Source: Felis catus
Lineage: Eukaryota
Length of the DNA stretch: 64,000 nucleotides
Assembly: GCF_018350175.1 (NCBI RefSeq)
Contig: NC_058368.1
Coordinates: forward strand, 132,248,001-132,312,000
Reading direction: 5' to 3'
In this document: positions 39,749 to 53,090 of the stretch, piece by piece
Layout: the number at the start of each line of letters is the position of its first letter
How positions within the stretch are numbered: position 1 is the first letter of the stretch
Notes under the pieces: generated by a model
Told to the model about the DNA's origin: nothing
Databases searched by the model: none
What the model saw: the letters and a program-made list of their open reading frames with translations, nothing else
Made by a program: the position numbers and the translations under genes

Positions 39749-40084
39749 ATGAAGTGTCACAATTTTATTTGAATATAAACTGTGATAAATTAAAGAACAA
39801 CATTGTAAACCATAAATCTATCAACAGACAGATAGATAAGGGAGGTATAATTAATAAGCCAATAGAGTAGATAAAATGAATTAAGAGAGAAAAATGAAAC
39901 AAAAACAAATAGAAAAACTAGGCAACAAGCAGCTAGATTAAAGACCAAAACCCGCTAATTACACTACATGTAAATGAACAAAAAAAATAATAAAAAATGG
40001 AAATTGTCAAACTGGATAAAAAAAGCAAAACCCAACTACAAGTTGCCCAAAAGAAATCCACTTTAAATATAAAGACATGGGGTA

Positions 40085-40303
40085 GGGGCACCGGGGTGGC
40101 TCAGTCATTTAAACGTCCGACTTCAGCTTAGGTCATGATCTCATAGTCTGTGAGTTCAAGCCCCGTGTCGGGCTCTGTGCTGACAACTCAGAGCCTGGAG
40201 CCTGCTTCGGATTCTGTGTCTCCCTCTCTCCTGCTCCCCCCCTAGCCCCCACCCATGCTCTGTCTCTCTCTATTTCTCTCAAAAATAAAATAAACATTAA
40301 AAA
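40085..40303 (+). mobile_element. Felid Can-SINE
   Basis: Full-length sense copy. Confidence 0.94.
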
Positions 40304-41024
40304 AGTAAATATAAAAATATAAGTAAATCTATAGTAAAAGGATAAAGACATACCATGGAAACAATAAGATGAAAGCTAGAGTCACCATACTAATGACAAA
40401 AAGATTTCAGAAAAGTAATGTTACTAAGGACAAAAAATGATATTTCATAATGATAAAGAATTGATTAATCAAGAAGACAATCTATTTGTGAGTGCATGTG
40501 TTTATAAAACTTGAAAATATATGAAATAAAACTGACAGAAATAAAAGGAGAAATAGACAAATGTATACATTTGTTGAGATTTCAATACTTCTTTATTAAA
40601 AATTGATAGATCAATAATAAAAAAAAGCTATAACAATATAGGAAACTTGAACACTATCAAACAAATGGATCTAAGTGAAAATGCTAGAGCACTCCACCCA
40701 ACAGCAATAAATAATGCTCTCTTTTCAAGGAGGTAAGACACATTCACCAAGATAGAAAACATGATGGACCATAAAGCAAGTTTCAAAATAGAAGGCTCAA
40801 AATAATGGACAATATTATTTGACCATAATCTAAGAAGAAATCACACAAAATATACAGTGTTAAGTATATGAAAATAGAAACACAGAATAATGAAATGTCA
40901 TACGCTGCTGAAGAGAGCCCAAAAAGAAATTTATAGCTTTAAGTCCTTTCTTATGAAAGACAGGAGATGTAAAATCAATGAACTAAGCTTCTACCTTAAA
41001 AAGATTAAAAAAAAAAAAAAAATG

Positions 41025-41185
41025 AAGCAGCCTGGGTGGCTCAGTGGATAAGCATCCGACTTTGGCTCAGGTCATGATCTTTCAGATTCTGTGGCTCCCT
41101 CTCCCTCTGCCCTTCCCCTGCCTGCACTCTGTCTCTCTCTTTTTCAAATATAAATAAGCAATGGAAAAAAATTTTAAATAAATAA
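41025..41185 (+). mobile_element. Can-SINE (internally deleted)
   Basis: cctgggtggctcagtggataagcatccgac. Confidence 0.88.
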
Positions 41186-42816
41186 AAGGATTCAAAAAAA
41201 GAAGTATTTAACCCTAAAGTAAAAATAAGAAAGGAAAAAAATAGAGTAGAACAATATAATTTTATATGAGCATTTTTTCAATAGAAAAAAATCAATGAAA
41301 TAAAAAATCTGTTTCTTTTTAAAGAAAACAAAAGAATTTAAAAACCTAAAGCTATAGTGATCAAGAAGAAAAGGAGTGACATCAGCAAGATGGAAAAATA
41401 GGTAATTCCTGACTTTAGTCCCTTTTACAGAAAAAGCAACTAGCAAATATACATAGGTAAGATACCTTTCTGAACATCTCAGAACTCAGGGATGAAACAG
41501 AAGTACCCCCTTAAACAACAAAAACAAAAATAATAAGAAAAAACACATTAGAGAGGTCAGAGGAACAGTTTTACTTTGATTATATCATCCTTCTCCCAGG
41601 CCTATGCAGCACTGAACCAATTGGGTCCCCTGAGCTTCTCCAGTGGAAAAAAAGAGAGCCCAAGGTGGCCATCCACCTTTCCTAGAATGCCAGGGCATTT
41701 ACCACGAGACCCTCTTAGATGCTGCCTCATAGGGATCACTGAGGGAATCAGCCAAAGACACAAAAAGGACACAAGTTTACAGCAATTAGCACTTCACATT
41801 ACTGCTAGAGATGTCCCCTTAGCAGAGATCCCAACCAATGGCTCAAGTCCAGTGCAGAGCAGAGCCAGTGGCCTTTTCAGGCTGAGCAACTTGATCAATA
41901 GTTCTATTAGATTTGGTTCCCACCCATTGGCTTGTCTCAGTCATAGACCCATTCTAGAGACACACCCGCACAAGTAAGCAAGACACTGGTTCTGACTACT
42001 GCTGAGCACAGCTTCCAGGAAGCCTGAACAGTGATGCCAGGGAGCCATGCAGCACATATCACAGCCAGCCATGTCAAGAATGCACATCAGTAGCCCACAA
42101 CACTGCTGTGAAAGATTGGAAAAGGAAATGGCTTCCTCAAATGCACAGATACCAATGCAAAGATACAAAGATCACAAGGAATCAAGTAAATTTCTACAAT
42201 CAAAGGACACTAATAAGCACTAATAACTGGCCTTAAAGAAATAGAGATCTATGAACTGTATAACAGAAAATTCAGAATAATTCTTTTAAAGAAATTCAGT
42301 GAACTTCAAGAAAACACAGATAGATGACTAAATGAAATTAGGAAAACACTTCATGAACAAAATGAGGTGTTTAATAACAAAAAATAGAGACCATTAAAAA
42401 ACAAACAAAAAACTCAGAAATCCTCGAGCTAAAGAACATGACTGAAGAATTCAAGAGAGAACTTCAACACCAGATTCAACAAAGCAGAAGAAAGGACCAG
42501 TGAATTCAAAGACAAGTCAGTTGAAGTAGCATCAGAGGAGCAAAATAAATAAATAAATAAAAACTGTGAAGAAAGCCTATGTGAATAGCAGAATATCATT
42601 CTGTAAAATACCATTATGTTAAATCATTAAAAGAAACTGTCTATGCATTACTGAAGTCCCAAAAGAGATGAGTGGGAGAAAAGGGCAGAAAGCTTATTTA
42701 TAGAAACTTTCCAAATCTGGGGAGAGATTTGGACATCCAACTTCATGACGCTCATAAGTGCACAAATAGTTCCAACTGAAAAATATCTATTCCAAGACAA
42801 AATAAAATCATCTAAA

Positions 42817-43030
42817 GGGGTGCCTGGGTGGCTCATTCGATTGAGCATCTGATTTTGGCTCAGGCCAAATTCATGGTTTGTGAGTTTGAGCCCTTCACTG
42901 GACTCTCTACTGTCAGTGCAAAGCCTGCTTCTGATCCTCTATCCATCCCCCCTCTGACCTTCTCCAGCTCTCGTGTGCTTATGTGCACATGTCCTCTCTC
43001 TCTCAGAAATAAATAAACGTTAAAAAAAAC
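42817..43030 (+). mobile_element. Can-SINE
   Basis: ggggtgcctgggtggctcattcgatt head. Confidence 0.9.
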
Positions 43031-44094
43031 TGTCTAAAATCAAAGACAAAGAGGGAATTTTAAAAGCAGTGAGAAAAAAATTCCTCACATACAAGGGAAG
43101 TCCCATCAATTATCAGCACATTTCTCAGGAGAAACCTTGCAACCAAGAGAGACAGGAATATATCCAAAGAGCTGAAAGAAAAAAACTGCCAACTAAGAAC
43201 ACTTAATCGGGCAAAGCTGTCCTTCAGAAATGAAGGAGTTATAAAAACTTTCCAGGCCTAAAAAGGATGAGGTAGTTCATCATCACTAGACCTGTTTTAC
43301 AAGAAATGCTTAAAGGAATTCTTCAAACTGAAATGACAGAATGCGGATAAATAACATGAGAACACAGTGAAAATATAAAACACAAAAGGGAAGTATATAG
43401 GCAAATTCAGAATATTCAAATATTATATTATGATAGTATATTAACTCCAGTATAAAGGTTAAAGAACAAATAAAAGTATAAAAATAACTACAGCTATAAT
43501 AATTTTAATTGATATACCATATAAAAATATTTAAATTGTGACATAAAATATAAAATATGGTGGAAAGATTATAAAAGGAAAGAAGAGTTTTTGTATGTAA
43601 TCAAAGTTAAGTTGTTATCAGCTTACAATAGACTGTTATATCTATAATGTTTTATGTAAAGGTCATGGTAATCACAAAGCAAAAACCTACTGTAGATATA
43701 CAAAAGATAAATAAAAGGGAATCAAAACTAAGCACCACAGATAATTATCAATTCACAAAGGAAGACAGTAAGAGAGAAAGAAAGGAACAAAGGAATTACC
43801 AAAGACCAGCAAACAAATAATAAGATGGCACTACTAAGTCTTACATATTGATAGTTACTTTAAATGTATATGGATTGAATTCTCCAATCAAAAAACATGG
43901 AGTGGCTAAATGGATAAAAAAAAAAAAAAAGACTGAACTAGTCACTGCCTATAGAAGACTCATGTCAGCTTTAAGGAAAGAAATAGGTGCAAAGTGAAGA
44001 GATGGAAAAAACATTCCATGCAAATGTTAACCAAAAGATAATAGAGATAGCTAAACTTCTACCAGACAAAACAGACTTTAATTCAAAAGCTGCT

Positions 44095-44315
44095 GGGGCG
44101 CCTGGGTGGCGCAGTCGGTTAAGCGTCCGACTTCAGCCAGGTCACGATCTCGCGGTCCGTGAGTTCGAGCCCTGCGCGTCAGGCTCTGGGCTGATAGCCT
44201 GGAGCCTGTTTCCGATTCTGTGTCTCCCTCTCTCTCTGCCCCTCCCCCGTTCATGCTCTGTCTCTCTCTGTCCCAAAAATAAATAAAAAATGTTGAAAAA
44301 AAATTTAAAAAAAAA
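44095..44315 (+). mobile_element. Very young felid Can-SINE
   Basis: CpG-intact; TSD aaaagctg. Confidence 0.96.
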
Positions 44316-44705
44316 AGCTGTAATAGGAGATAAAGCAGCTCATATACAATAGCAAAGGCATCAATTTATCAAGACGATGTAACTATTATAAATGTTTACA
44401 CACCCAACATTAGATTCGCTAAATATATAAAACAAATACAAACAGAACTAAAACAATAAATAAACAACAATACAATAATTGCTGGGGACTGCAATACCTC
44501 ATTTTTAACAATGATCACTCAGACAGAAAATGAAGAAACATCTGACTCAAACTACACTTTAGACCAAATGGTCCTAAAAGACTTAAACAGATCGTTCTAT
44601 CCAACATTAGCAAAATACACATTCTTCTCAAGCATCCACAAAACATTCACCAGGATAGATCACACAATAGGTCACAACACAAGTCTTAAATTTAAAAAAA
44701 TTGAA

Positions 44706-44771
44706 TTTACAATAGCCAAATTATAGAAACAGCCAAAGTGTCCATCTATAGATGAACAGATAAGTATGTGG

Positions 44772-44810
<39 letters not shown>

Positions 44811-45220
44811 ATGCCATTCAGCCATAAAAAAGGAATGAAATCTTGCCATTTACAACATGGATGGAGGTAGAGAGTATAATGCTAAGTGAAGTAAGTCAGT
44901 CAGAGGAAGACAAATACCATATGATTTCACTCATATGTGGAATTTAAGAAACAAAATAAGCAAACAAAGGAAAAAAATCAAAACAACAGAGACAAACCAA
45001 GAACAGACTCTTAACTATAGAGAACAAACTGATGGTTACCAGAGGAGAGGTGGGTGGGGGGATGGGTGAAACAGGTGAAAGGGATTAAAGATACACTTAT
45101 CATGATGAGCACTGAGTAATGTGCAGAATTGTCAAATCACTATATTGTACCCCTGAAACTAATATAACACTGTATGTTCACTATACTGGAATTAAAATAA
45201 AAAACTTAATAAAAATAATA
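44706..45220 (+). mobile_element. Carnivore L1 3' end nested in the older L1
   Basis: tttacaatagccaaattatagaaacagccaaagtgtccatc...tattgtacccctgaaactaatataacactgtatgtt. Confidence 0.9.
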
Positions 45221-45324
45221 GTGTATATAGTACATGTGCATACATCCATTAACAAAAAAAAAAACAATGGATGGAATAGCACAATTTTAATTTCAGTTAT
45301 GATGAGACTGTTGAGTGGTGGTAT

Positions 45325-45436
45325 ATTTTTTAAGTTTATTTATTTATTTATGTAATCTCTATAGCCAACGTTGGCCTTTAACTCAGAACCTCAAAATCAA
45401 GAGTCATGCACTCCTCTGACTTAGCCAGCCAGGCGC
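45325..45436 (-). mobile_element. Short Can-SINE variant
   Basis: tttatttatgtaatctct...atcaagagtcatgcactc...agccagccaggcgc. Confidence 0.8.
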
Positions 45437-45561
45437 ATGACTGGTGTTGATATTTTTGGCTTCTACACTTAGCACAATGATAAACATTGACTAAATTAAG
45501 TATGGATTGTATTTATGATAAGAACTGTATCCCCTAAATTTTTTTTAAATTTTGAAATCAT

Positions 45562-45756
45562 TTTTTAAAATTTTATTTTTTATTTTTTAAAATTTACATC
45601 CAAATTAGTTAGCATATAGTGAAACAATGATTTCAGGAGTAGATTCCTTAATGTCCCTTACCCATTTAGCCCATTCCCCCCCCCACAACCCCTCCAGCAT
45701 CCCTCAGTTTGTTCTCCATGTTTATGAGTCTCTTCTGTTTTGTCTTCCTCCCTGTT
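45562..45756 (-). mobile_element. Felid L1 3'UTR fragment (about 195 bp)
   Basis: Reverse complement of 50045-50230. Confidence 0.93.
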
Positions 45757-45965
45757 AAAACTCTTATGACCACAGTGTAGTATGATACTAAGAATCAACA
45801 AGAATAAGGCAGGAAAATGCACTAAAACATGGAAGTTCAACAACACACTGCAGAACAATAAATGGGTCAAAGAAGAAATCAAAAGTATAATAAAAAAACT
45901 ACTTTGAGACAAACATAAATGGAAAAACAACAACCAAAACTTGTGATAGCAGCAAAAGCAATTCT

Positions 45966-46181
45966 TTCTTTAAATTTTTTTAATGTTTATATACAGAGTG
46001 TGCACAGAGTGTGAACATGTGAGGGGTGGGGTAGAAAGTGAGGAGGAGAGAAAAAATCCCAAGCAGGCTCCTCACTGTCAGCACAGAGTGTGATGTAGGG
46101 TTCAGTCTCATGAACCATGAGACTAACCTGAGCTGAAATCAAGAGTCAGATGCTCAACCTACTGAGCCACCCAGGCACCCC
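45966..46181 (-). mobile_element. Can-SINE
   Basis: TSD agcaaaa..caattct. Confidence 0.9.
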
Positions 46182-46777
46182 AGCAAAAACAATTCTAAGA
46201 GGGAAGAGTACAGTGATAAATCCTGACCTTACAAAAAAGAAAGGTCACAAATAAACTATCTAATTTTGTGCCTCAAAAAACTAGAAAAAAAAAGGAACAA
46301 AATAAGGCCAAATTTTGTAGGAAAAATAACAAAGATCATAGCAGAAATAAATGAGTGAGAGACTAGAAAATCAATGAAAATATCAATAAAATCAATAACT
46401 TCTTTTTTGAAAAGACAGGCCAAACTGACAGAACTTTAACTAGAGTAACTAGGAAAAACAAAATAAAACTTAGAAAAATATAGTCAGAAATGAAAGAAAA
46501 GACATTACAATTGATAACCACAGAAATACAAAAATCATTAGGCACTAGTACAAACAAGTATACACCAATAAATTATATAAGGTAGAAGAAAAGGAAAAAT
46601 TCCTAAAAAAAGTAAAAACCCACTAAAACTGAATCATGAAGAAATAGAAATCCTGAACAGACCAATAACAAGTAAGGAGATAGACCAATAATCCAAAACC
46701 CCCCAAAAGAGAAAAATCCAGGGACAGATAAATTCACTGGTGATTTCTACCGAACATTTAAAGAAGAATTAATGTCA

Positions 46778-46889
46778 GGGCAACTGGCTGGCTCAGTCAG
46801 TAGAGGACGTGACTCTTGATTTCAGGGTTGTGAGTTCAAGCCCCATATTGGGTGTAGCAATTACTTAAACATAAAATCTTTAAAAAAAA
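46778..46889 (+). mobile_element. Short Can-SINE variant
   Basis: gggcaactggctggctcagtcagtagag...gtgagttcaagcccc. Confidence 0.85.
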
Positions 46890-47265
46890 ATGCCAATCCT
46901 TCTTAAACTCTTCCAAAAAACTGAACAGCAGCAAACACTCCCAAACTCTTTTACAAGGCCAGCATTACCCTGATAGTAAGAACAGAAGAATACATTCAGA
47001 AGAAGGAAACTAGAGGCCAATGTCCCTGATGAATATAGACACAAAAATTTTCAACAAAATAGTAGCAGAATGAATTGAACAATACCTTAAAATATTCACA
47101 AACCATGATCAAGTAGGATTCATCCTTAAGATACAAGCATGGCTCAACACATGCAAACAAATAAATTTGATACATCTCATTAATAGAATGAAAATTAAAA
47201 AACATGAGGATCTCAGTTAAAAAAAAGCATTTAACAAAATTCAACATCTTTTCATCATAAAAACT

Positions 47266-47464
47266 TTATTTATTTATTTTGAGAGAGAGAGAGCACTTGC
47301 GAGCAGGGGAGAGGAAGAGAGACAGGAAGACAGAGAATCCCAAGCAGGCTCCATGCTATAAGCACAGAGCCCATCATGGGTCTCAACCTCACAAACTATG
47401 AGATCATGACCCGAGCTGAAATGAAGGGTCAGATGCTAAACCAACTGAGCTACCTAGGTGCCCC
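47266..47464 (-). mobile_element. Can-SINE
   Basis: TSD cttttcatcataaaaact. Confidence 0.93.
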
Positions 47465-47529
47465 CTTTTCATCATAAAAACTCTTAACCAAGTAGGTGTA
47501 TAGAAGGAACCAACCTCAACATCATAAAA

Positions 47530-47532
<3 letters not shown>

Positions 47533-47581
<49 letters not shown>
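47533..47581. repeat. (AT)n microsatellite
   Basis: Directly visible. Confidence 0.95.
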
Positions 47582-47583
<2 letters not shown>

Positions 47584-47983
47584 GGGCCCACAGCTATATT
47601 ATAATCAATGGTGAAAAGTTTTATGCTTTTCCTCTAAAATCAGGAACAAGACAAGTATATCTGCCATAATCCCACCACTCCTATTCAACTTAGCACTGTA
47701 AGTGCTAGCCAGACCAATCAGACAACAAAAAGAAAGATATCCAATTGGAAATAAAGAAGTAAAATTATCTCTGTTCACAGATGACATGATCTTGAATACA
47801 GAAAATCCAAAAGACTCCACCAAAAAATGGTTAGAACTAATAAATTCACTAAATTACAGATTACAAAAATCAACATACAAAAATCAGTGGTGTTTCTCTA
47901 CACCAGAATAATGAACAATCTGAAAAAGAAATAAAGAAAACTATCCCATATACAGTAGAAACAAAAACTATAAAATAATTAGA

Positions 47984-48205
47984 GGGGTGCTTGGGTGGCT
48001 CAGTCAATTAAGTGTCCAACTTCAGCTCAGGTCATGATCTCACGGTTCATGAGTTCGAGCCCCGCATCAGGCTCTGTGCTGACAGCTCAGAGCCTGGAGC
48101 CTGTTTTGGATTCTGTGTCTCTCTTCCTCTCTGCCCCTTCCTCACTTGTGCTCTGCCTCTCTCTCTGTCTCTCAAAAATAAATAAACACATTAAAATTTT
48201 CTTAA
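47984..48205 (+). mobile_element. Felid Can-SINE
   Basis: TSD aaaactataaa(a/g)taattaga. Confidence 0.94.
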
Positions 48206-48256
48206 ATAAAAAACAAATAAACAAAACTATAAAGTAATTAGAAATAAATTTAATCA

Positions 48257-48380
48257 GGGGCACCTAGCTGGCTCAGTCAGTAGAACTCGTGACTCTTGAC
48301 CTTGGGATCATGAATTCAAGTTGTACATTGGGTTACAGCTTACACAAAATAAAAAGGTAAATTAAATTAAATTTTAAAAA
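48257..48380 (+). mobile_element. Short Can-SINE variant
   Basis: ggggcacctagctggctcagtcagtagaac. Confidence 0.85.
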
Positions 48381-48624
48381 TACAGAGGTAAAAGAACTGT
48401 ATACTGAAGACAATAAGAGATTGATAGAAGAAATATTGTTAAAATGTTCAAACTACCCAAAACCATCAAATACAATTCCTATCAAAATTCCAATGATATT
48501 TTTCACAGAAATCTTAATATTTGTATGAAATGACAAAAGACCCAAAGATTGCCAAGGCAATCTTGAAAAAGAAAAAAGCTGGTGGCATCACAACACTGGA
48601 GGCCATGAAAGAGAACAGGGAACC

Positions 48625-48676
<52 letters not shown>

Positions 48677-48717
48677 TACACATGTGGTCAACTAACATTT
48701 TAAAAGGGTGCCAAGAA

Positions 48718-49802
48718 AGAAAACCAAAGCAGGAAACATCACAATCCCAGACTTCAAGCTATACTACAAAGCTGTAATCACCAAGACAGTATGGTACTGG
48801 CACAAAAACAGACACTCAGATCAATGGAACAGAATAGAAAACCCAGAAATGGGCCCACAGACGTATGGCCAACTAATCTTTGACAAAGCAGGAAAGAATA
48901 TCCAATGGAATAAAGACAGTCTATTCAGCAAGTGGTGCTGGGAAAACTGGACAGCGACATGCAGAAGAATGAACCTGGACCACTTTCTTACACCATACAC
49001 AAAAATAAACTCAAAATAGATGAAAGACCTAAATGTAAGACAGGAAGCTATCAAAATCCTCAAGGACAAAGCAGGCAAAAACCTCTTTGACCTCAGCCGC
49101 AGCAACTTCTTACTCAACATGTCTCCGAAAGCAAGGGAAACAAAAGCAAAAATGAACTACTGGGACCTCATCAAAATAAAAAGCTTCTGTTCAGTGAAGA
49201 TAACAATCAGCAAAACTAAAAGGCAACCAACAGAATGGGAGAAGATATTTGCAAATGACATATCAGATAAAGGGTTAGTATCCAAAATCTATAAAGAACT
49301 TATCAAACTCAACACCCAAAAAACAAATAATCCAGTGAAGAAATGGGCAAAAGATATGAATAGACATTTCTTCAAAGAAGACATCCAGATGACCAACTGA
49401 CACAAGAAAAAATGCTCAATATCACTCATCATCAGGGAAATACAAATCAAAACCATCATGAGATACCACCTCACACCTATCAGAATGGCTAACATTAACA
49501 ACTCAGGCAACAACAGATGTTGGCAAGGATGTGGAGAAAGAGGATCTCTTTTGCAATGTTGGTGGGAATGCAAGCTGGTGCAGCCACTCTGGAAAACAGT
49601 ATGGAGGTTCCTCAAAAAATTTAAAATAGAACTACCCTACAACCCAGCAATTGTACTACTAGGTATTTATCCAAAGGATACAAGTATGCTGTTTTGAAGG
49701 GATACATGCATCCCCGTGTTGATAGCAGCACTATCAACAATAGCCAAAGTATGGAAAGAGCCCAAATGTCCATCGATGGATGAATGGATAAAGAAAATGT
49801 GT

Positions 49803-49858
<56 letters not shown>

Positions 49859-50257
49859 ATGGAGTATCACTCAGCAATCAAAAAGAATGAAATCTTGCCA
49901 TTTTCACTACGTGGATGAAACTGGAGGGTATTATGCTAAGTGAAATTAGTCAGAGAAAGACAAATATCATGTGACTTCACTCACATGAGGACTTTAAGAG
50001 ACAAAAGAGATGAACATAAGGGAAGGGAAACAAAAATAATATAAAAACAGGGAGGGGGACACAACAGAAGAGACTCATAAATATGGAGAACAAATTCAGG
50101 GTTACTGGAGGGGTTGTGGGAGGGGGGATGGGCTAAATGGGTAAGGAGCACTAAGGAATCTACTCCTGAAATCATTGTTTCACTATATGCTAACTAATTT
50201 GGATGTAAATTTTAAAAAATAAAAAATAAAAATAAGTAAATAAATAAAAATAAAAAA
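48718..50257 (+). mobile_element. Felid L1, 5'-truncated (about 1.5 kb), ORF2 C-terminus with nonsense codons
   Basis: ORFs 48708-49019, 49020-49400 and 49458-49697 translate to L1 ORF2; perfect 17-bp TSD taaaagggtgccaagaa at 48701-48717 and 50258-50274. Confidence 0.97.
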
Positions 50258-50820
50258 TAAAAGGGTGCCAAGAATACTCAATGGGAAAAGAATAGTCCTC
50301 CATAGTAAATGGGGTGGAAAAAATTGGACTGCAAAAAAATGAAACTGGACCCCTATTTTGCACAACTCATAAGAATTAACTCAAAATGAGTTAAAGATTT
50401 AAGCATAAGACCTAGAAGAAAATATAGGGGGAAAGTGTTTTCAACATCACCAATCATCTGGGAAATGCATATCAAAACTACAATGAGATATCACATCACA
50501 CCTGTTCGAAGGGTTAATATGAAAAGACAATAGATTACAAAAGCCAGTAAGAAAGGGAAGAAAAGGGAACCCTTGTTGATGGGAATGTAAATTGGTATAG
50601 CCACTATGGAAAACAGTTTGGAGGTTCTTCAAAAAAGTAACAGTAGAACTACCATATCCAGAAATCCCACTTGTGGGTATACAGCCAAGGGAAGTGAAAT
50701 GACTATCTCAAATAGATGTTCACTGGAGAACTAATTACAATAGCCACAATATAGAAACAATCTAAGTGTCCATCGAGGGATAAATGGATAAAGAAAATGT
50801 GGTATATAGATAGATCCACA

Positions 50821-50855
<35 letters not shown>

Positions 50856-51365
50856 ATATTGTTCAGTCATAAAAAGAAAGAAAATCCTGTCATTTGGTTC
50901 AATGAAGATGAACCTTGAGGGAATTACAAGTGAATTAAGTCAGATTGAAGACAAATACTGTGTGATCTCACTTATATGTATAATCTAAAAAAGCTGAAAT
51001 CCTAGAAACAGTAAGTAGACTAGTGGTTGTCAGGGACTAGAGTGTGAAGGAAAATGGAGGTATTCAAAGTGTACAACTTCCAGTTATACGATGAATAAAT
51101 TCTGGAGGTCTCATGTAGAGTATCGTGACTATAGTTGACAATACTGTATTGTATACTTGAAAGTTGCTAAGAGAGTGGATTTTGAATGCTCTCACCACAC
51201 ACACAAGAAAAGGTAATTAATTATATGATGTGATGGATGTGTTAACTAACCTTATCATGGTAATCATTTCACAATATATATGTGTATCAAATCATCACGT
51301 TGTACACCTTAAACTTATACAATGGTACATGTCAATTATATCTCAATAAAGCTGGAAAAAAAAGA

Positions 51366-53090
51366 AAAAAGGAGAAAACACAAATTACAAATATCAAGAA
51401 TGAATGGTAGAACATCATTATTCATATGACAGACATTAAAAAAGACAAGGGATTATTATAAACTGCATGATAATAAATTGACAATTTAGTTAAAATAGTC
51501 TAAATGCTTTGAAAGACATAATTAACAAAAAAACCTCAAAAGATTTAGATAATGTGCTATCCTATATTTAATTTAAAAACCAAATTATTAATCAATAATT
51601 TTCCCATAATGAAAATTCCAGGCTCAGATGGCTTCATTGGTGAATTCTACCAAACACTTAAGGAAGAAATAACATTAACCTTATGTGTACAAACTCTTCC
51701 AGAAAATAGAGCAATTTATATGACTAACATTATTCTAACACTAAAACTCAACTCAATTTAATTTGTATGACTAACTTTATTCTGATACAGAACTCAACAA
51801 AGATATTAAAACTACAAACCAACCAATTTTTTAAAAGATTGTGCTAAAATAACTAGATATCCATGACAAAAAAAGGGACCTGAGTTTTTACCTCACACTA
51901 CACAAAAAATTAACTCAAAATGGATCATAGATCTTAATATAAAAAGCTAAAAGTATAAAACTTCTAGACAAAAATACAGAAGAAAACGTTTACAATTTTG
52001 AAGTAGCCAAAGACATTTCAGGACACAAAAAACACAAGCCATAAAAGAAAAATTTTTTTAATTACACTTCATCAAAATTTTTAAATTCTGGTTTTTTTTA
52101 CAAAATACCATAAAAAAATGAATGGCAAACAACAGACCTGGAGAAGATAGTCACAGTCACATTATGTATATACGACAAAGACTTTTTACCCAGGATATAT
52201 TGAGAAATCTTGCAACTCAATAAGAAGAAAACACCACAGTTAAAAAGAGTGGGAAAAAGATTTTGACTAGATATTCAAAGAAGATAATGAATGACAAATA
52301 AGTATATGAAAAGATGCTCATCATCACTAATATCATTATTTACCAGAAAATAGTTGCTTAACTAATTAAAATTACAATGAGATGCCACTGAAATGCATGA
52401 TAATGGCTAAAATTAAAAAGACAAAAACAAATGTTGGCAAGGATCTTGAAGTAATCAGAACTCTCAGAGATTGCTAGTGGGAATGTAAAATGGTATAGAG
52501 ACACTTTGAAAACCAGTTTATGATAGAGTGAACCTAACACATACCATACTACCAACAGTACCACCCAAGAGAGATGAAAGTGTAAGTCCAAACAAATACT
52601 TGTATGTGGATGTTCACAGCAGTTCTATTCATCATAATAGCCCCAAACTAGAAAAAACCTAAAATGTGGTAGGTGCTATCATTATTGATAGGGAATATTA
52701 TTCAGAAAACAACAACAACACCAACAACAAAGCTACTGGTACACACAACATGGATGAATCTCCAAAGCATTATGCTAAGGGAAAGAAACTAATCACAAAA
52801 GAGTACCCACTATATAAGTCCACTTAAATGAAACTATAGAAAAGACAAGGCTAATCTATAGTGATGGAAAGTAGATCTGTCTGGGCCCAGAGAAAAGGGC
52901 CCAGAGAAAAGGTGGAGACTGACTATAAAAGGGAATAAGGGGACTTGTTCAGGTAATGGAAATGTTGATATCTTGATTATGGTGGTGGTTAAACGGTTAT
53001 ATACATTTGCCAAAATTCACTGATCCATACTCAAAATGTATGCATATTTATTGTATGTAAATTATACCAAAATAATGTTTTAAAATGTAC
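51366..53090 (+). mobile_element. Old host L1, right part (ORF2 remnant and 3'UTR)
   Basis: Resumes with EKTQITNIKNE-like text and PGSDGFIGEFYQT; 3' end ttattgtatgtaaattatacc. Confidence 0.85.

Larger units (their letters stand above)
39750..41372 (+). mobile_element. Old host L1, left part (ORF2 endonuclease region)
   Basis: gagatttcaatactt (GDFNT-like) and cattcaccaagatagaaaacatgatggacc (FTKIDH-like); continues at 51366. Confidence 0.85.
41373..51365 (+). mobile_element. Decayed full-length old L1 (L1MA-like) with many secondary insertions
   Basis: 5' end gtgacatcagcaagatgg, ORF1 remnant at about 42150-43340, ORF2 remnant from about 43826, 3' end gtacaccttaaacttatacaat...tcaataaagctggaaaaa; TSD aagaa(g/a)aaaaggag. 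Confidence 0.85.

Noticed and set aside
41576..42168. 133-aa and 75-aa ORFs in a GC-richer stretch
   Set aside because: They lie in the 5'UTR of the old full-length L1.
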